A stretch of DNA of 64,000 bases, from the IMG/VR virus record IMGVR_UViG_3300028832_000097, positions 106,978 to 170,977 of that record; one strand, 5' to 3'. Each line of letters starts with the position of its first letter. The stretch's first letter is position 1. Shown piece by piece: positions 55,583 to 64,000 of this stretch. The stretch comes from a virus (lineage: Duplodnaviria > Caudoviricetes). Under the pieces are notes generated by a model. It worked only from the letters and a program-made list of their open reading frames with translations. It was not told where the DNA came from and did no database searches. The translations under genes and the position numbers were made by a program.

Positions 55583-57169
55583 TTATGTTTCGATGAAATC
55601 TGTTGCGTTGATTGAATTCTGTGTAAGGGATAAATTTGGAGTGCTGGTTTCAAATAATCCGTCAAGACTGTAGCCATATATTTCGTAATATTTCAAAGAT
55701 GTCTGTCCTGCATCGCTCCACACGTTGTTCACGCCATTCCTCGCCTGCAACTGTGCAGGTGTGGCTTGGTATGTGGTTGGTGTGGCGAGTGGATAAATCA
55801 GTTTAATGTCGCCAAGTGCAGTAAGCCAAGTGTCGTAATCCTCGCTTGTCTGATGTGCATTATCTGCCGTGACATAAATCTGTGTTCCTTGTGTAGTTAA
55901 TCCAATAGAGTTAGCCCCAGAATAATTATAAATGCTTGAAGAATTGTTGCCTTTTAACTTGTCACAAATAAAATCAGAAGCAACTGCATTTTCCTTACCA
56001 GCAGGCAACGAGAGATTGGAAAGTACAAAAATTCCAACACCATTGTTATTACTGTTCTTCTTAAATGTATGCGTAGTATTCACATTGAGTGTCACACAGT
56101 AAACAGGCTCACTCCCAACACCCGACAGCACATCGTGTTCTGCTCCGTAGACAGTGTGAGGAAGTGCTATCGTGGCGGTCTGTCCGTTGTAGGCGTGATA
56201 TGCCGTGTCTGTTGAGGGGTAGTTTATGGATATGTCATTGTTGTAAGTCGTGCCGTAATTCGCATTAGTGTTAAAATTCATATATCGTGCATTTGACGGA
56301 CTTGTAATCACTTTTGGCGAACCGCACGTTTCAATACTTATGAAATCCATATTTTCATCGTACCAATAAACATATACGGTATTTGTTGTCCCGAACTTCA
56401 AATAATATGACGTGTTAGGGGAAACGTAAATAGGCGATAAATTTCTAATCGCATTTGCCCAAACTACCTTTTGACCTTGATTATTGTAAGCGGCGTTTTT
56501 TTCCCACTCTTCGTTCCACAGATTAACACCCGTAGCCGACACCTTCACGCTGTCCCAACCCGATATGGGGCGTATGTTGGAGTAGGGGGCGAAAGTTCCA
56601 TCTGTTACAGTAGATAGCCTTATCATCGGCTTGAATAACATTCCACTTGCGTTAAATCCCGAACGGATAACGATAACTACTGTAAGTGTCTCGTCTGCCG
56701 TTGCTGTGTAATTATTTCCACTTGCAGAATATTTATTATCGAGAGCCGTGTTTCCTCTTCTTATCTGAAAGCCAAAGGTGGTATTACTTCCATCAGCAGG
56801 AAGTCCATTCAAAGTATAAGTCGTTCCGTTAGTAACATTAAACGAACCGACTGTAAAAACGGTAGTCGTAGTTGCCGTGTTGCTTGTTGCTATAGTTCCA
56901 TCGGCATTAACTGTAAACGTAACTCCGTCCTGTGTGACTGTAGTAGCAGTACAATTCAACTTATTCTTTCCACCGCCAGCAGGGTAAGGGTCGCCCGAAC
57001 CTGACTGAACTGGGGAGATGGAAGCCTTACATTCAGATAAAGGAAGACCAATAACGTTGCTTTCAAAGGTACAAACATCAGATTTTGCAACACTTGTTTG
57101 TATGGCTTCAAATGTACCTAAATCTGCGGAATAACTAACAACTCCATTTTTATATATTTGTGTGTTCAT
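55583..57169 (-). CDS. Tail/receptor-binding protein with carbohydrate-binding-like modules
   Basis: GSGDPYPAGGGKNKL, NLWNEEWE and TVYG modules; more C/G-ending codons than neighbours. Confidence 0.65.
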   Translation of the reverse strand: MNTQIYKNGVVSYSADLGTFEAIQTSVAKSDVCTFESNVIGLPLSECKASISPVQSGSGDPYPAGGGKNKLNCTATTVTQDGVTFTVNADGTIATSNTATTTTVFTVGSFNVTNGTTYTLNGLPADGSNTTFGFQIRRGNTALDNKYSASGNNYTATADETLTVVIVIRSGFNASGMLFKPMIRLSTVTDGTFAPYSNIRPISGWDSVKVSATGVNLWNEEWEKNAAYNNQGQKVVWANAIRNLSPIYVSPNTSYYLKFGTTNTVYVYWYDENMDFISIETCGSPKVITSPSNARYMNFNTNANYGTTYNNDISINYPSTDTAYHAYNGQTATIALPHTVYGAEHDVLSGVGSEPVYCVTLNVNTTHTFKKNSNNNGVGIFVLSNLSLPAGKENAVASDFICDKLKGNNSSSIYNYSGANSIGLTTQGTQIYVTADNAHQTSEDYDTWLTALGDIKLIYPLATPTTYQATPAQLQARNGVNNVWSDAGQTSLKYYEIYGYSLDGLFETSTPNLSLTQNSINATDFIET

Positions 57170-58922
57170 TGAATTCTCCTTGTGTTGTCATTGCCCCCTT
57201 GTTTGTTATGCTTACAGGAGCGTTGTATAATGTCTTTACATCATCTGCTGATAGTGCTGTTGTATATATTCTGAAATCAGATAACTTTCCTTTAAACATA
57301 GTGGAACCTGTACGTGAATCTCTGCCCATTCTATACTTCACGCCATCACTCTTGCAGTTTGCATTAGTATAAGAATCTATTTGTACTCCGTTCCGATATA
57401 CTGTTATCAGATTTGCAGTTGTTTTTGTTACAGCAATGTGTGTCCACGCATTTACTGTAAGTGTGGAATCAGGTACAGTTCTATCAAATGAACCGCTATA
57501 CCCAATACGCAATAATTCATCTGTTGTTTTTTCAAAACAAAATGCGCTTCCGGTAATATCTATTGCGTAATCACTAAACAATATGGAACGACCCCCGCTA
57601 TCTTGATTATACACCCAAAAAGAAAACGTCCACTCATTAGGTAACATATTAGGCATGAAAGATAAGTTAGGAAATTCAATATATTTTGTTGAACCGTCAA
57701 ACTCTGTACTTGTTAAACATCTCGGAGAATCTGTTGATGAAGCTGCACTGTAATTTACTCCGGTATAGCCATACCCACTTGTATCATAGACAGTTGTATC
57801 ATCATATCCTAAATCGCTATAATGACTATCACTAGGGGCAGGTGACCAAATTGTTGCAATTTCCCCATTTTCAACTTTAATCTTTTTAACTTGTACCCCC
57901 ATTTTAGAAGGAGCATAAATTTCAATACGTCTACATTTAGCGTCCGTAGTATCTCCACTACCCGCATCGGAGTTAGTTACGGTATGCGTAAAATATTGCC
58001 ACTCTGTATTAAGGTCAGTAGTCAATGTAACAGAAGTAAATTTAAAATACCTAGGACTTCCATTTTGATTATAGATACGCAAGTCTGTTTTACCATTAGG
58101 ACTTCGTGCCCAAAAACTTATAGTATATTTTTGACCTACTGTTGTTGAAGGGTCAAAAGTTAAAGAATTACTAAACTGAGTAAACGAACCAACACTAGAA
58201 TAATTACCTAGCGTTATAACACTATCGCCTTTATTTTGCCAAGTAAATAGATTTTCTTGACCATTAAGGCTATTCAACTGATAATGAGCAACTAACCCTT
58301 GACTGATTAATTTTACTTCTTTAGGAGATAATGCGTGGTCATAGATACGAATATCATTGAGTTTACAATTAGTTTGATAACTACTTATGTTATTACAAGT
58401 ACCTATGGTAATCTTGGAGATATCGCTGAATTTAGGAACTATTGTTGTTGTATAATCTTTATACAACACCCCGTTTATATATATCAAACAATGCCCTGTT
58501 TTATATACGAAGGTCAAATGATACCAAGTGCTTGTAGATAAGTCAGAAGTAAGATAAGAAGCTGAGGAACTTGTATTATCTTTATTTGTAATAGTAAAAC
58601 ATAATTTTGAAGTTTGACTGTTCCTTAATACGCCAAAAACATAATTATTCCAAGGATTACTTCCTGTACCTGCTTGAAAAAATGTTGCGTAGGCAGTATT
58701 CCACGAAATTATGTACAGCCAGAAACTCAATGTACATTCATCGGTAAGCGAAGTCATAGTTGTAGAAGGCATAGTTAAATAAGAAGATGCAGTACCAAAA
58801 CTATAACAACTACCAATCTTCCCCGCAGTATCAACAGCCGCATTATTATTAGTGACAGTAACATCACTTAATCCATTATTTGTTAAATCTCCATTGAGTG
58901 GTAGCCATACCCTTAAAGACAT
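57150..58922 (-). CDS. LamG/concanavalin-like tail protein
   Basis: WYHLTF, LNDIRIYDHALSPKEV, WTHIAV, LSDFRIYTTALSADDV. Confidence 0.85.
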   Translation of the reverse strand: MSLRVWLPLNGDLTNNGLSDVTVTNNNAAVDTAGKIGSCYSFGTASSYLTMPSTTMTSLTDECTLSFWLYIISWNTAYATFFQAGTGSNPWNNYVFGVLRNSQTSKLCFTITNKDNTSSSASYLTSDLSTSTWYHLTFVYKTGHCLIYINGVLYKDYTTTIVPKFSDISKITIGTCNNISSYQTNCKLNDIRIYDHALSPKEVKLISQGLVAHYQLNSLNGQENLFTWQNKGDSVITLGNYSSVGSFTQFSNSLTFDPSTTVGQKYTISFWARSPNGKTDLRIYNQNGSPRYFKFTSVTLTTDLNTEWQYFTHTVTNSDAGSGDTTDAKCRRIEIYAPSKMGVQVKKIKVENGEIATIWSPAPSDSHYSDLGYDDTTVYDTSGYGYTGVNYSAASSTDSPRCLTSTEFDGSTKYIEFPNLSFMPNMLPNEWTFSFWVYNQDSGGRSILFSDYAIDITGSAFCFEKTTDELLRIGYSGSFDRTVPDSTLTVNAWTHIAVTKTTANLITVYRNGVQIDSYTNANCKSDGVKYRMGRDSRTGSTMFKGKLSDFRIYTTALSADDVKTLYNAPVSITNKGAMTTQGEFNEHTNI

Positions 58923-58932
58923 AAGTTTTACC

Positions 58933-60228
58933 TCACGTGAAGATGAAGTCTATTGATTGAGTTGTAGTGTTGTACTGCATAGTAGCCGCTCCCACGCCAA
59001 CTTGAACACTTTTAGTAGTTAATACACCACTTGTTGTATATACTTCATCGTCTGAATAGGTTTGTGGATTAGCAGCTTGAGAAGTTGCACCGATCAAATA
59101 GATTTTAGATGAAGTATCTGTTGAGCCTGCTGTGTTTTTGGTATCAGTAAATACTGCTCCGCTAGGAACTGCTGTTTGTACAGTTAAATTATTTACAGTA
59201 CTTGCATTTGTTGCAGATGACGCATTACCTGTTAAATCTCCAACAAATCCACCTGTTGCAGTAACGGAGCCAGCAAGAACTTCATTACCATTCCAGTCAA
59301 GTGTTCTAGCATTAGAACGTGCGTTATCTGCTGTACCATTACCTACTATCTCAACGTAATCACCCCTAACCGCAGCGTCTGATACATTAGTATCTGCGAC
59401 ATTGTATTCACCAAATACGTGTTGTGATGCGTGATTTGCAATTGTGTATATTCCTTCTGCATGAGCATTATAACCACTAGCAGTTGTAAAAAAGCCTTCT
59501 GAGTGAGAAGCATATCCGCTAGCCGTCGTTTCCCTTCCTTCTGCGTGGGCACTTGTGTTACTTGCTGTTGTAAGATAGCCTTCTGCGTGTGCGCCAATAT
59601 TACTTGCTGTTGTAGCATCCCCTTCTGCGTGAGAACTAGATCCACTTGCAGTTGTAGTACGTCCTTCTGCATGAGAATAATTTCCACTTGCTGTTGTGTC
59701 ATCACCTTCTGCAAAAGATTTAGTACCAACTGTAGTACTAGCTTTTCTATTTAAACTAAAACTACCAGTGCCTGTCGGATTCGTTTTATCCATCTTATCA
59801 GATAAAGCAGTATATGCTCCACCAGAAGTAATTACATTTGTACTGCCACTTGTAGGAGATGCATCTATTCCAGGTCCATCAGTAATGGAGTTAGCCCCAT
59901 TAAATTTAGCAAGATTTCCGCTTGTACCTGTACCTGTGACATTGTTTGTAATACTTGGAGTTACTGTTACAGGTATGGCAGAACCACCTGATGGTGTTAC
60001 AGTAAAACCATTTGTGCCATTAGCAAAAGTATATGTAGTGTTATTATCTGTGCCCCAATATGTAGAAGTTCCATTGCTCTTTAATACTTGTCCGTCAGAT
60101 CCTACCCCACAAGTAGTTCCGCCAGAAGTTGTCGGAACTTTTATTTTAGTAGCTTGAACAGAAGTCGCTATGACTTCATTAGAAACTCTTATATTTCCCG
60201 ATACTGTCGTGTCTTTTAATTGTGCCAA
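58933..60228 (-). CDS. Tail fibre protein with Hep_Hag/YadA-head repeats
   Basis: About seven 14-aa TTASGxxSHAEG repeats. Confidence 0.8.
   Translation of the reverse strand: MAQLKDTTVSGNIRVSNEVIATSVQATKIKVPTTSGGTTCGVGSDGQVLKSNGTSTYWGTDNNTTYTFANGTNGFTVTPSGGSAIPVTVTPSITNNVTGTGTSGNLAKFNGANSITDGPGIDASPTSGSTNVITSGGAYTALSDKMDKTNPTGTGSFSLNRKASTTVGTKSFAEGDDTTASGNYSHAEGRTTTASGSSSHAEGDATTASNIGAHAEGYLTTASNTSAHAEGRETTASGYASHSEGFFTTASGYNAHAEGIYTIANHASQHVFGEYNVADTNVSDAAVRGDYVEIVGNGTADNARSNARTLDWNGNEVLAGSVTATGGFVGDLTGNASSATNASTVNNLTVQTAVPSGAVFTDTKNTAGSTDTSSKIYLIGATSQAANPQTYSDDEVYTTSGVLTTKSVQVGVGAATMQYNTTTQSIDFIFT
59440..59735 (-). repeat. 42-bp-period coding repeat (SHAEGxxTTASG)
   Basis: Tandem 14-codon units visible in the translation. 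Confidence 0.8.
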
Positions 60229-60246
60229 ACTGTATCACCTCACCAT

Positions 60247-62544
60247 TTATATTTCTTCTGCTATGTTAGGGCTGAACAACCCTTCTTTTTCTATCGCAAC
60301 TCCGTCATACTGTTCTCTTATTGTATCAGCTTTTATCTGTGCTTTAGAAGTAATTTCAGTCTTGTCAAATCCACTAGCTGTAACTACTTCTCTCAGACTT
60401 AACTGATGTATTGTGGCTTTTTTGGTGGATTCGGATGTCGTACCACTCCACGCATTAAGAATTCTGAGCTTTATATATGCACAAGGGTTCACACCGTCTG
60501 TAGACAGATTTACTGTGCCTTTGTATCGCGTTTTTACAAGGTCAGAACTAGGTTTAATAGCTGATATATAAACACAAGCTTCGTTACTTCTAGGTGTCTT
60601 ATCTTTATCAAACCTTGTGATTCCAATATAGAATTGATTGCCAGCAGCTACAGATATTGTATAATCATAGTAATAAGTTTTGCCAGTAGGGTCTATAGGT
60701 ATATATGCTGATCCTGCGGAAGAATAACCGTCAAAATACAATTCTCCATCACTATTAGATAAGGTATAAGTTGTGGTAGTGCTGTTGTGAACTGTTGTGT
60801 AATTGATCGCCAACAGCTCTCTACTGCTTTCAGTATCCATGTATTCTGCGCAATAGCTGTTGTTTTTACTGTCTATGCCAGCAGATACTTCGTAGAGTTC
60901 TTTTATGTCGTCTGCTGATAAGGCTGTGGCGTATGTTCTAAAATCAGATAATTGTCCGTCAAAATATCCAGAATATGATCCACTTAAATGTCTGTTACCA
61001 ATATTTAATTTATCTAGATCCCCACCCCAATAGTTTGCACTAGCAGGAGTTGCAAGTACACCATTAACATATACATCTCTCGTAGTTGCTCCTGTTTTAA
61101 CTACAACAATATGATTCCATTGATTTGCTTTATAATTTGTAGTGGTTATATCAATTCTTGATCCAGATCCGCCATTGCTGCTTCCAACATAAGTTATCAA
61201 TTGTGATGATGACCATCCTATCGCTAATCCAGTGTGCTTATCGTGAACAGCAAGTCGATATCCAGAAGAAGACACCCAAGATGTTTTAGTCCAAATACTA
61301 ATAGTTTTAGTTTCAGATGGTAATGGTTCAGCTTCAATATAAGTATTTGTACCATTAAAAATAGTGCTTGTATCATACCTTGGACTGTCAGCACTAATAG
61401 TAATACTCCCTGATTTAGTGCCATTATACCCATATCCACTGCTATCAATTACTTCTGTAGAATCATAGCCTAAAAGAGTATATGCAGGATCTCCTACTCC
61501 AGGAGAATAGGGAGTTGCTTGATCGCCTAATTCCAATTTTATTTGCGTGATATAGACATTAACACCAGTAGTTGTTATTGTGAAACTCAAAGTGCCTCCG
61601 CCCGTTGTCACAGTAGAAGTTATCTGCCCAACATATCTGCGCCATTCTTTATCTAAAGTAAAATTGGGCGAATAGTCTGCAATACTTCTTGACATATTAC
61701 AAGTCGCAATATCATCTGCCCTCGCTAAAAAGGATACGGTGTATATCTGACCAGATTTCCAAACATTTGATAAATTTCTATATATTCTCTTTGACCCCGA
61801 GCTGGATACTATTTTCAGCACATTCCCATATTCAGAATCAGAATAGTTTGAACAAGTAGCACCATCAGTTACCCATTTACTTGCTAATGATTCAAAATCA
61901 AATAGATTAGTATTATTGCTGGACAGTTTATAGTGAATTACTAATCCTTTGCTGAGTTCTTTTACATCAGCAGGGGATAGAACGTGGTTGTAGTACCTTA
62001 CATCATTAAGAAAACCATTGAGATAAAAATTATTAGTTCCACCAACATATAAAGAAGCAGCAGCTGTCGTATAGGTGCCCTTAGTTGCAGTCTTCGACAT
62101 AACCTCTATCCCATCTATATACAACTTCACGATAGTGCCATCATTAGTTGTACATAAGTGATACCAAGTATTAGTAGTGAATGAATGCTCATATCGATTA
62201 GTTGCCGTAGAAGAACCATCAACAGAAACATTTATATACTTGTTGTACTCCATATAAAGTCCCAAACGGCATGTGGCATAACCACCTAAATTGCCTAATT
62301 GAAGTAGTGTGAACCAACCACTGCTTGAAGGTAATGCATTGAATTTTGCCCAACAACTCAAAGAACCTATAGAACTACTGACCGGTGTCGCAAAAGTATT
62401 TGTTAATTTAGCCGAACTAAAAGAATAACATCCTCCTAATTTACCATTGGAATTCAAAGATGCATTAGTATTAGTGATCGACACATCACTAACCCCAAGA
62501 TTACTTAAATCTCTAATTAACGGCAAATGTACCTGCAAACTCAT
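60247..62544 (-). CDS. LamG/concanavalin-like tail protein
   Basis: WYHL, LNDVRYYNHVLSPADV, WNHIVV, LSDFRTYATALSADDI; paralog of 57150; start trimmed to MSLQVHLPL. Confidence 0.85.
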   Translation of the reverse strand: MSLQVHLPLIRDLSNLGVSDVSITNTNASLNSNGKLGGCYSFSSAKLTNTFATPVSSSIGSLSCWAKFNALPSSSGWFTLLQLGNLGGYATCRLGLYMEYNKYINVSVDGSSTATNRYEHSFTTNTWYHLCTTNDGTIVKLYIDGIEVMSKTATKGTYTTAAASLYVGGTNNFYLNGFLNDVRYYNHVLSPADVKELSKGLVIHYKLSSNNTNLFDFESLASKWVTDGATCSNYSDSEYGNVLKIVSSSGSKRIYRNLSNVWKSGQIYTVSFLARADDIATCNMSRSIADYSPNFTLDKEWRRYVGQITSTVTTGGGTLSFTITTTGVNVYITQIKLELGDQATPYSPGVGDPAYTLLGYDSTEVIDSSGYGYNGTKSGSITISADSPRYDTSTIFNGTNTYIEAEPLPSETKTISIWTKTSWVSSSGYRLAVHDKHTGLAIGWSSSQLITYVGSSNGGSGSRIDITTTNYKANQWNHIVVVKTGATTRDVYVNGVLATPASANYWGGDLDKLNIGNRHLSGSYSGYFDGQLSDFRTYATALSADDIKELYEVSAGIDSKNNSYCAEYMDTESSRELLAINYTTVHNSTTTTYTLSNSDGELYFDGYSSAGSAYIPIDPTGKTYYYDYTISVAAGNQFYIGITRFDKDKTPRSNEACVYISAIKPSSDLVKTRYKGTVNLSTDGVNPCAYIKLRILNAWSGTTSESTKKATIHQLSLREVVTASGFDKTEITSKAQIKADTIREQYDGVAIEKEGLFSPNIAEEI

Positions 62545-62554
62545 ATAACCACCA

Positions 62555-63784
62555 TCATGTAACAATAAACTCAACAGAGTGCTTTGTACCATTATACTGC
62601 ATCGTGACTGTGCCTACACCTACCTGAACGCTCTTGGTAGTTAATACTCCAGAAGTAGCATAAACTTGATCATCAGAATAAGTTTGTGGGTTAGCAGATT
62701 GTGCTGTTGCTCCTATCAAGAATATCTTAGATGAAGTATCTGTAGCTCCCGCCGTATTCTTTGTGTCAGTAAATAATGCCCCACTAGGGACATCCGAATT
62801 AACAATATGCCCATTGACGGAAAAAGCATTTCCAGCAAGCTCATATAACTTTGTGCCATGATATTCATACCATCTATTCTGCTCATACAAAGTGATTCTA
62901 CAATTAGATGCAGTACTATCATATACCCCTCCAACTAATATGTAAATTTTAGTTGGGTCCGTAGGAGTCTGTGTCCACCAAGTCGAATCTAAATAGAATA
63001 ATCCGTCAACATTGCTTAATGTACCTACAAGATACAAAGGCTTATATGGAGTTAAAGAATTTACTACCAATTCAGTATTAAAGGCATATCGGCTGTCTAT
63101 AACAGATACAGAACTATAAACAGCTCCGCTTCCACCAATGTTTGTATTCGCATTATATGTAGTATTGCAATACCAGATCGGGCTGAAAGGTCTAAATCCA
63201 TGAGTATTCGCAATTTTTGTGGTGTCAGTTGTTCTATTATTTGCAGTTACCGTGCCGTCAGATGCAGTACAAATACTTTGGTATGTGCCATCGGGGTCCA
63301 TCATAAATAAACCAGTAGCCCAAATACCAACAGCACCTGTTTTGCCTGCAAAATAGCCTATTCTATTTTCAGTTGTAGTATTAGTATCGTAATTGGCATT
63401 TGCTATCCAACGATCATTTGTGGTCGCTGTACCATCTATTGATATAGACCCTGCACTCCAATAGGTCATCACAATATTACAACCTTTGCCATAGTGTGTA
63501 GTTAATCGACTTGTACTATAGTAACAAGCAATCGCTCCTGTAGTAGTACCATCATCTAAAGTAAGATTAAGTGTAGCATTACCACTACCAGCTCGAGGCA
63601 AATAATACATTATAGTAAGGCCATCATAAAGGGCGGGAACCCCGTGAAGTGCTCCCGTCCATGTACCTGTGTCCGTAGTTTGTGTACCTATTACAGTATA
63701 TACACCAGATTTGTAGTAATCCCGCAATTTATTAGATACTGAATCGGGGGTTACAATATCAGATATTATGCTTGCTAATGCCAT
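62555..63784 (-). CDS. Tail fibre-like protein
   Basis: N-terminal domain shared with 53764 and C-terminal ~75 aa shared with 58933. Confidence 0.7.
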   Translation of the reverse strand: MALASIISDIVTPDSVSNKLRDYYKSGVYTVIGTQTTDTGTWTGALHGVPALYDGLTIMYYLPRAGSGNATLNLTLDDGTTTGAIACYYSTSRLTTHYGKGCNIVMTYWSAGSISIDGTATTNDRWIANANYDTNTTTENRIGYFAGKTGAVGIWATGLFMMDPDGTYQSICTASDGTVTANNRTTDTTKIANTHGFRPFSPIWYCNTTYNANTNIGGSGAVYSSVSVIDSRYAFNTELVVNSLTPYKPLYLVGTLSNVDGLFYLDSTWWTQTPTDPTKIYILVGGVYDSTASNCRITLYEQNRWYEYHGTKLYELAGNAFSVNGHIVNSDVPSGALFTDTKNTAGATDTSSKIFLIGATAQSANPQTYSDDQVYATSGVLTTKSVQVGVGTVTMQYNGTKHSVEFIVT

Positions 63785-63828
63785 CTAAATTTTGCCTCCT
63801 GTTGCCTTGTTGTCAACAATCAATACAA

Positions 63829-63999
63829 TCAGGGTGTTACTGTTGAAATAGACGTAACTACATTTACATTTCCATGTTGCAAGTTAGGTAATGTTCCTCC
63901 GGTAATTGTTAATGTTTCACCTGAAACTGTGAATGTTGAAAGTGATCCTGTACTCCAAGATGTAACAGCATCTACAGTACCGTCTACAGTTGTAATATG
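63829..63999 (-). CDS. Partial (5' end outside window) tail protein C-terminus
   Basis: Open frame ...VTSWSTGSLSTFTVSGETLTITGGTLPNL... ending TGA at 63829. Confidence 0.55.
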   Translation of the reverse strand, partial: HITTVDGTVDAVTSWSTGSLSTFTVSGETLTITGGTLPNLQHGNVNVVTSISTVTP

Positions 64000-64000
64000 T

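Noticed and set aside
4749-60406. Numerous plus-strand ORFs antisense to the main genes
   Set aside because: Shadow frames of the minus-strand genes with no RBS or recognisable motifs; only 25625, 26151 and tnpB are accepted on the plus strand.
53764-63784. Repeated tail segments as a diversity-generating retroelement or invertase shufflon
   Set aside because: No reverse transcriptase or recombinase in the window; copies are coding, in direct orientation, and differences are not adenine-specific.

Overview
64-kb segment of a large, AT-rich tailed phage (Caudoviricetes), most likely infecting a Bacillota host: GGAGG ribosome-binding sites, a perfect sigma-A promoter and an Amidase_2/PG-binding endolysin point that way. 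Almost all genes lie on the minus strand. From left to right: (i) a ~2.4-kb RNA operon with 5 tRNAs whose spacers hold structured, partly CCA-ended tRNA-like RNAs; (ii) a TGT/DpdA-like transglycosylase; (iii) a replication module with RecA, a Cas4-like nuclease, a family A polymerase, a bacterial-type clamp with gamma/delta/delta' loader, SSB, primase, DnaB and a loader, ending at a candidate origin; (iv) two sigma-like factors and two phage-specific promoter motifs (ATCGTTA and [A/C]ACCTT); (v) an accessory region with an intact IS605 (tnpA/tnpB) inserted into an HNH gene, two YhhQ/VUT preQ0/preQ1 transporters (one behind a preQ1-I-like leader), an amidase, a PRTase, GNATs, a RelE-like pair and a frameshifted ADP-ribosyltransferase; (vi) the endolysin and a modular tail-fibre/receptor-binding cluster. 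Best leads: at least 8 unrelated accessory proteins share an N-terminal MK[RK][YV]Ix[AST] leader (candidate capsid-targeting signal for injected cargo); the tRNA-punctuated ncRNA array includes a TYMV-like pseudoknot-ACCA RNA; and a salvage-type 7-deazaguanine system has a QueD paralog lacking its histidines. All family calls come from reading motifs by eye; no database searches or folding programs were run.
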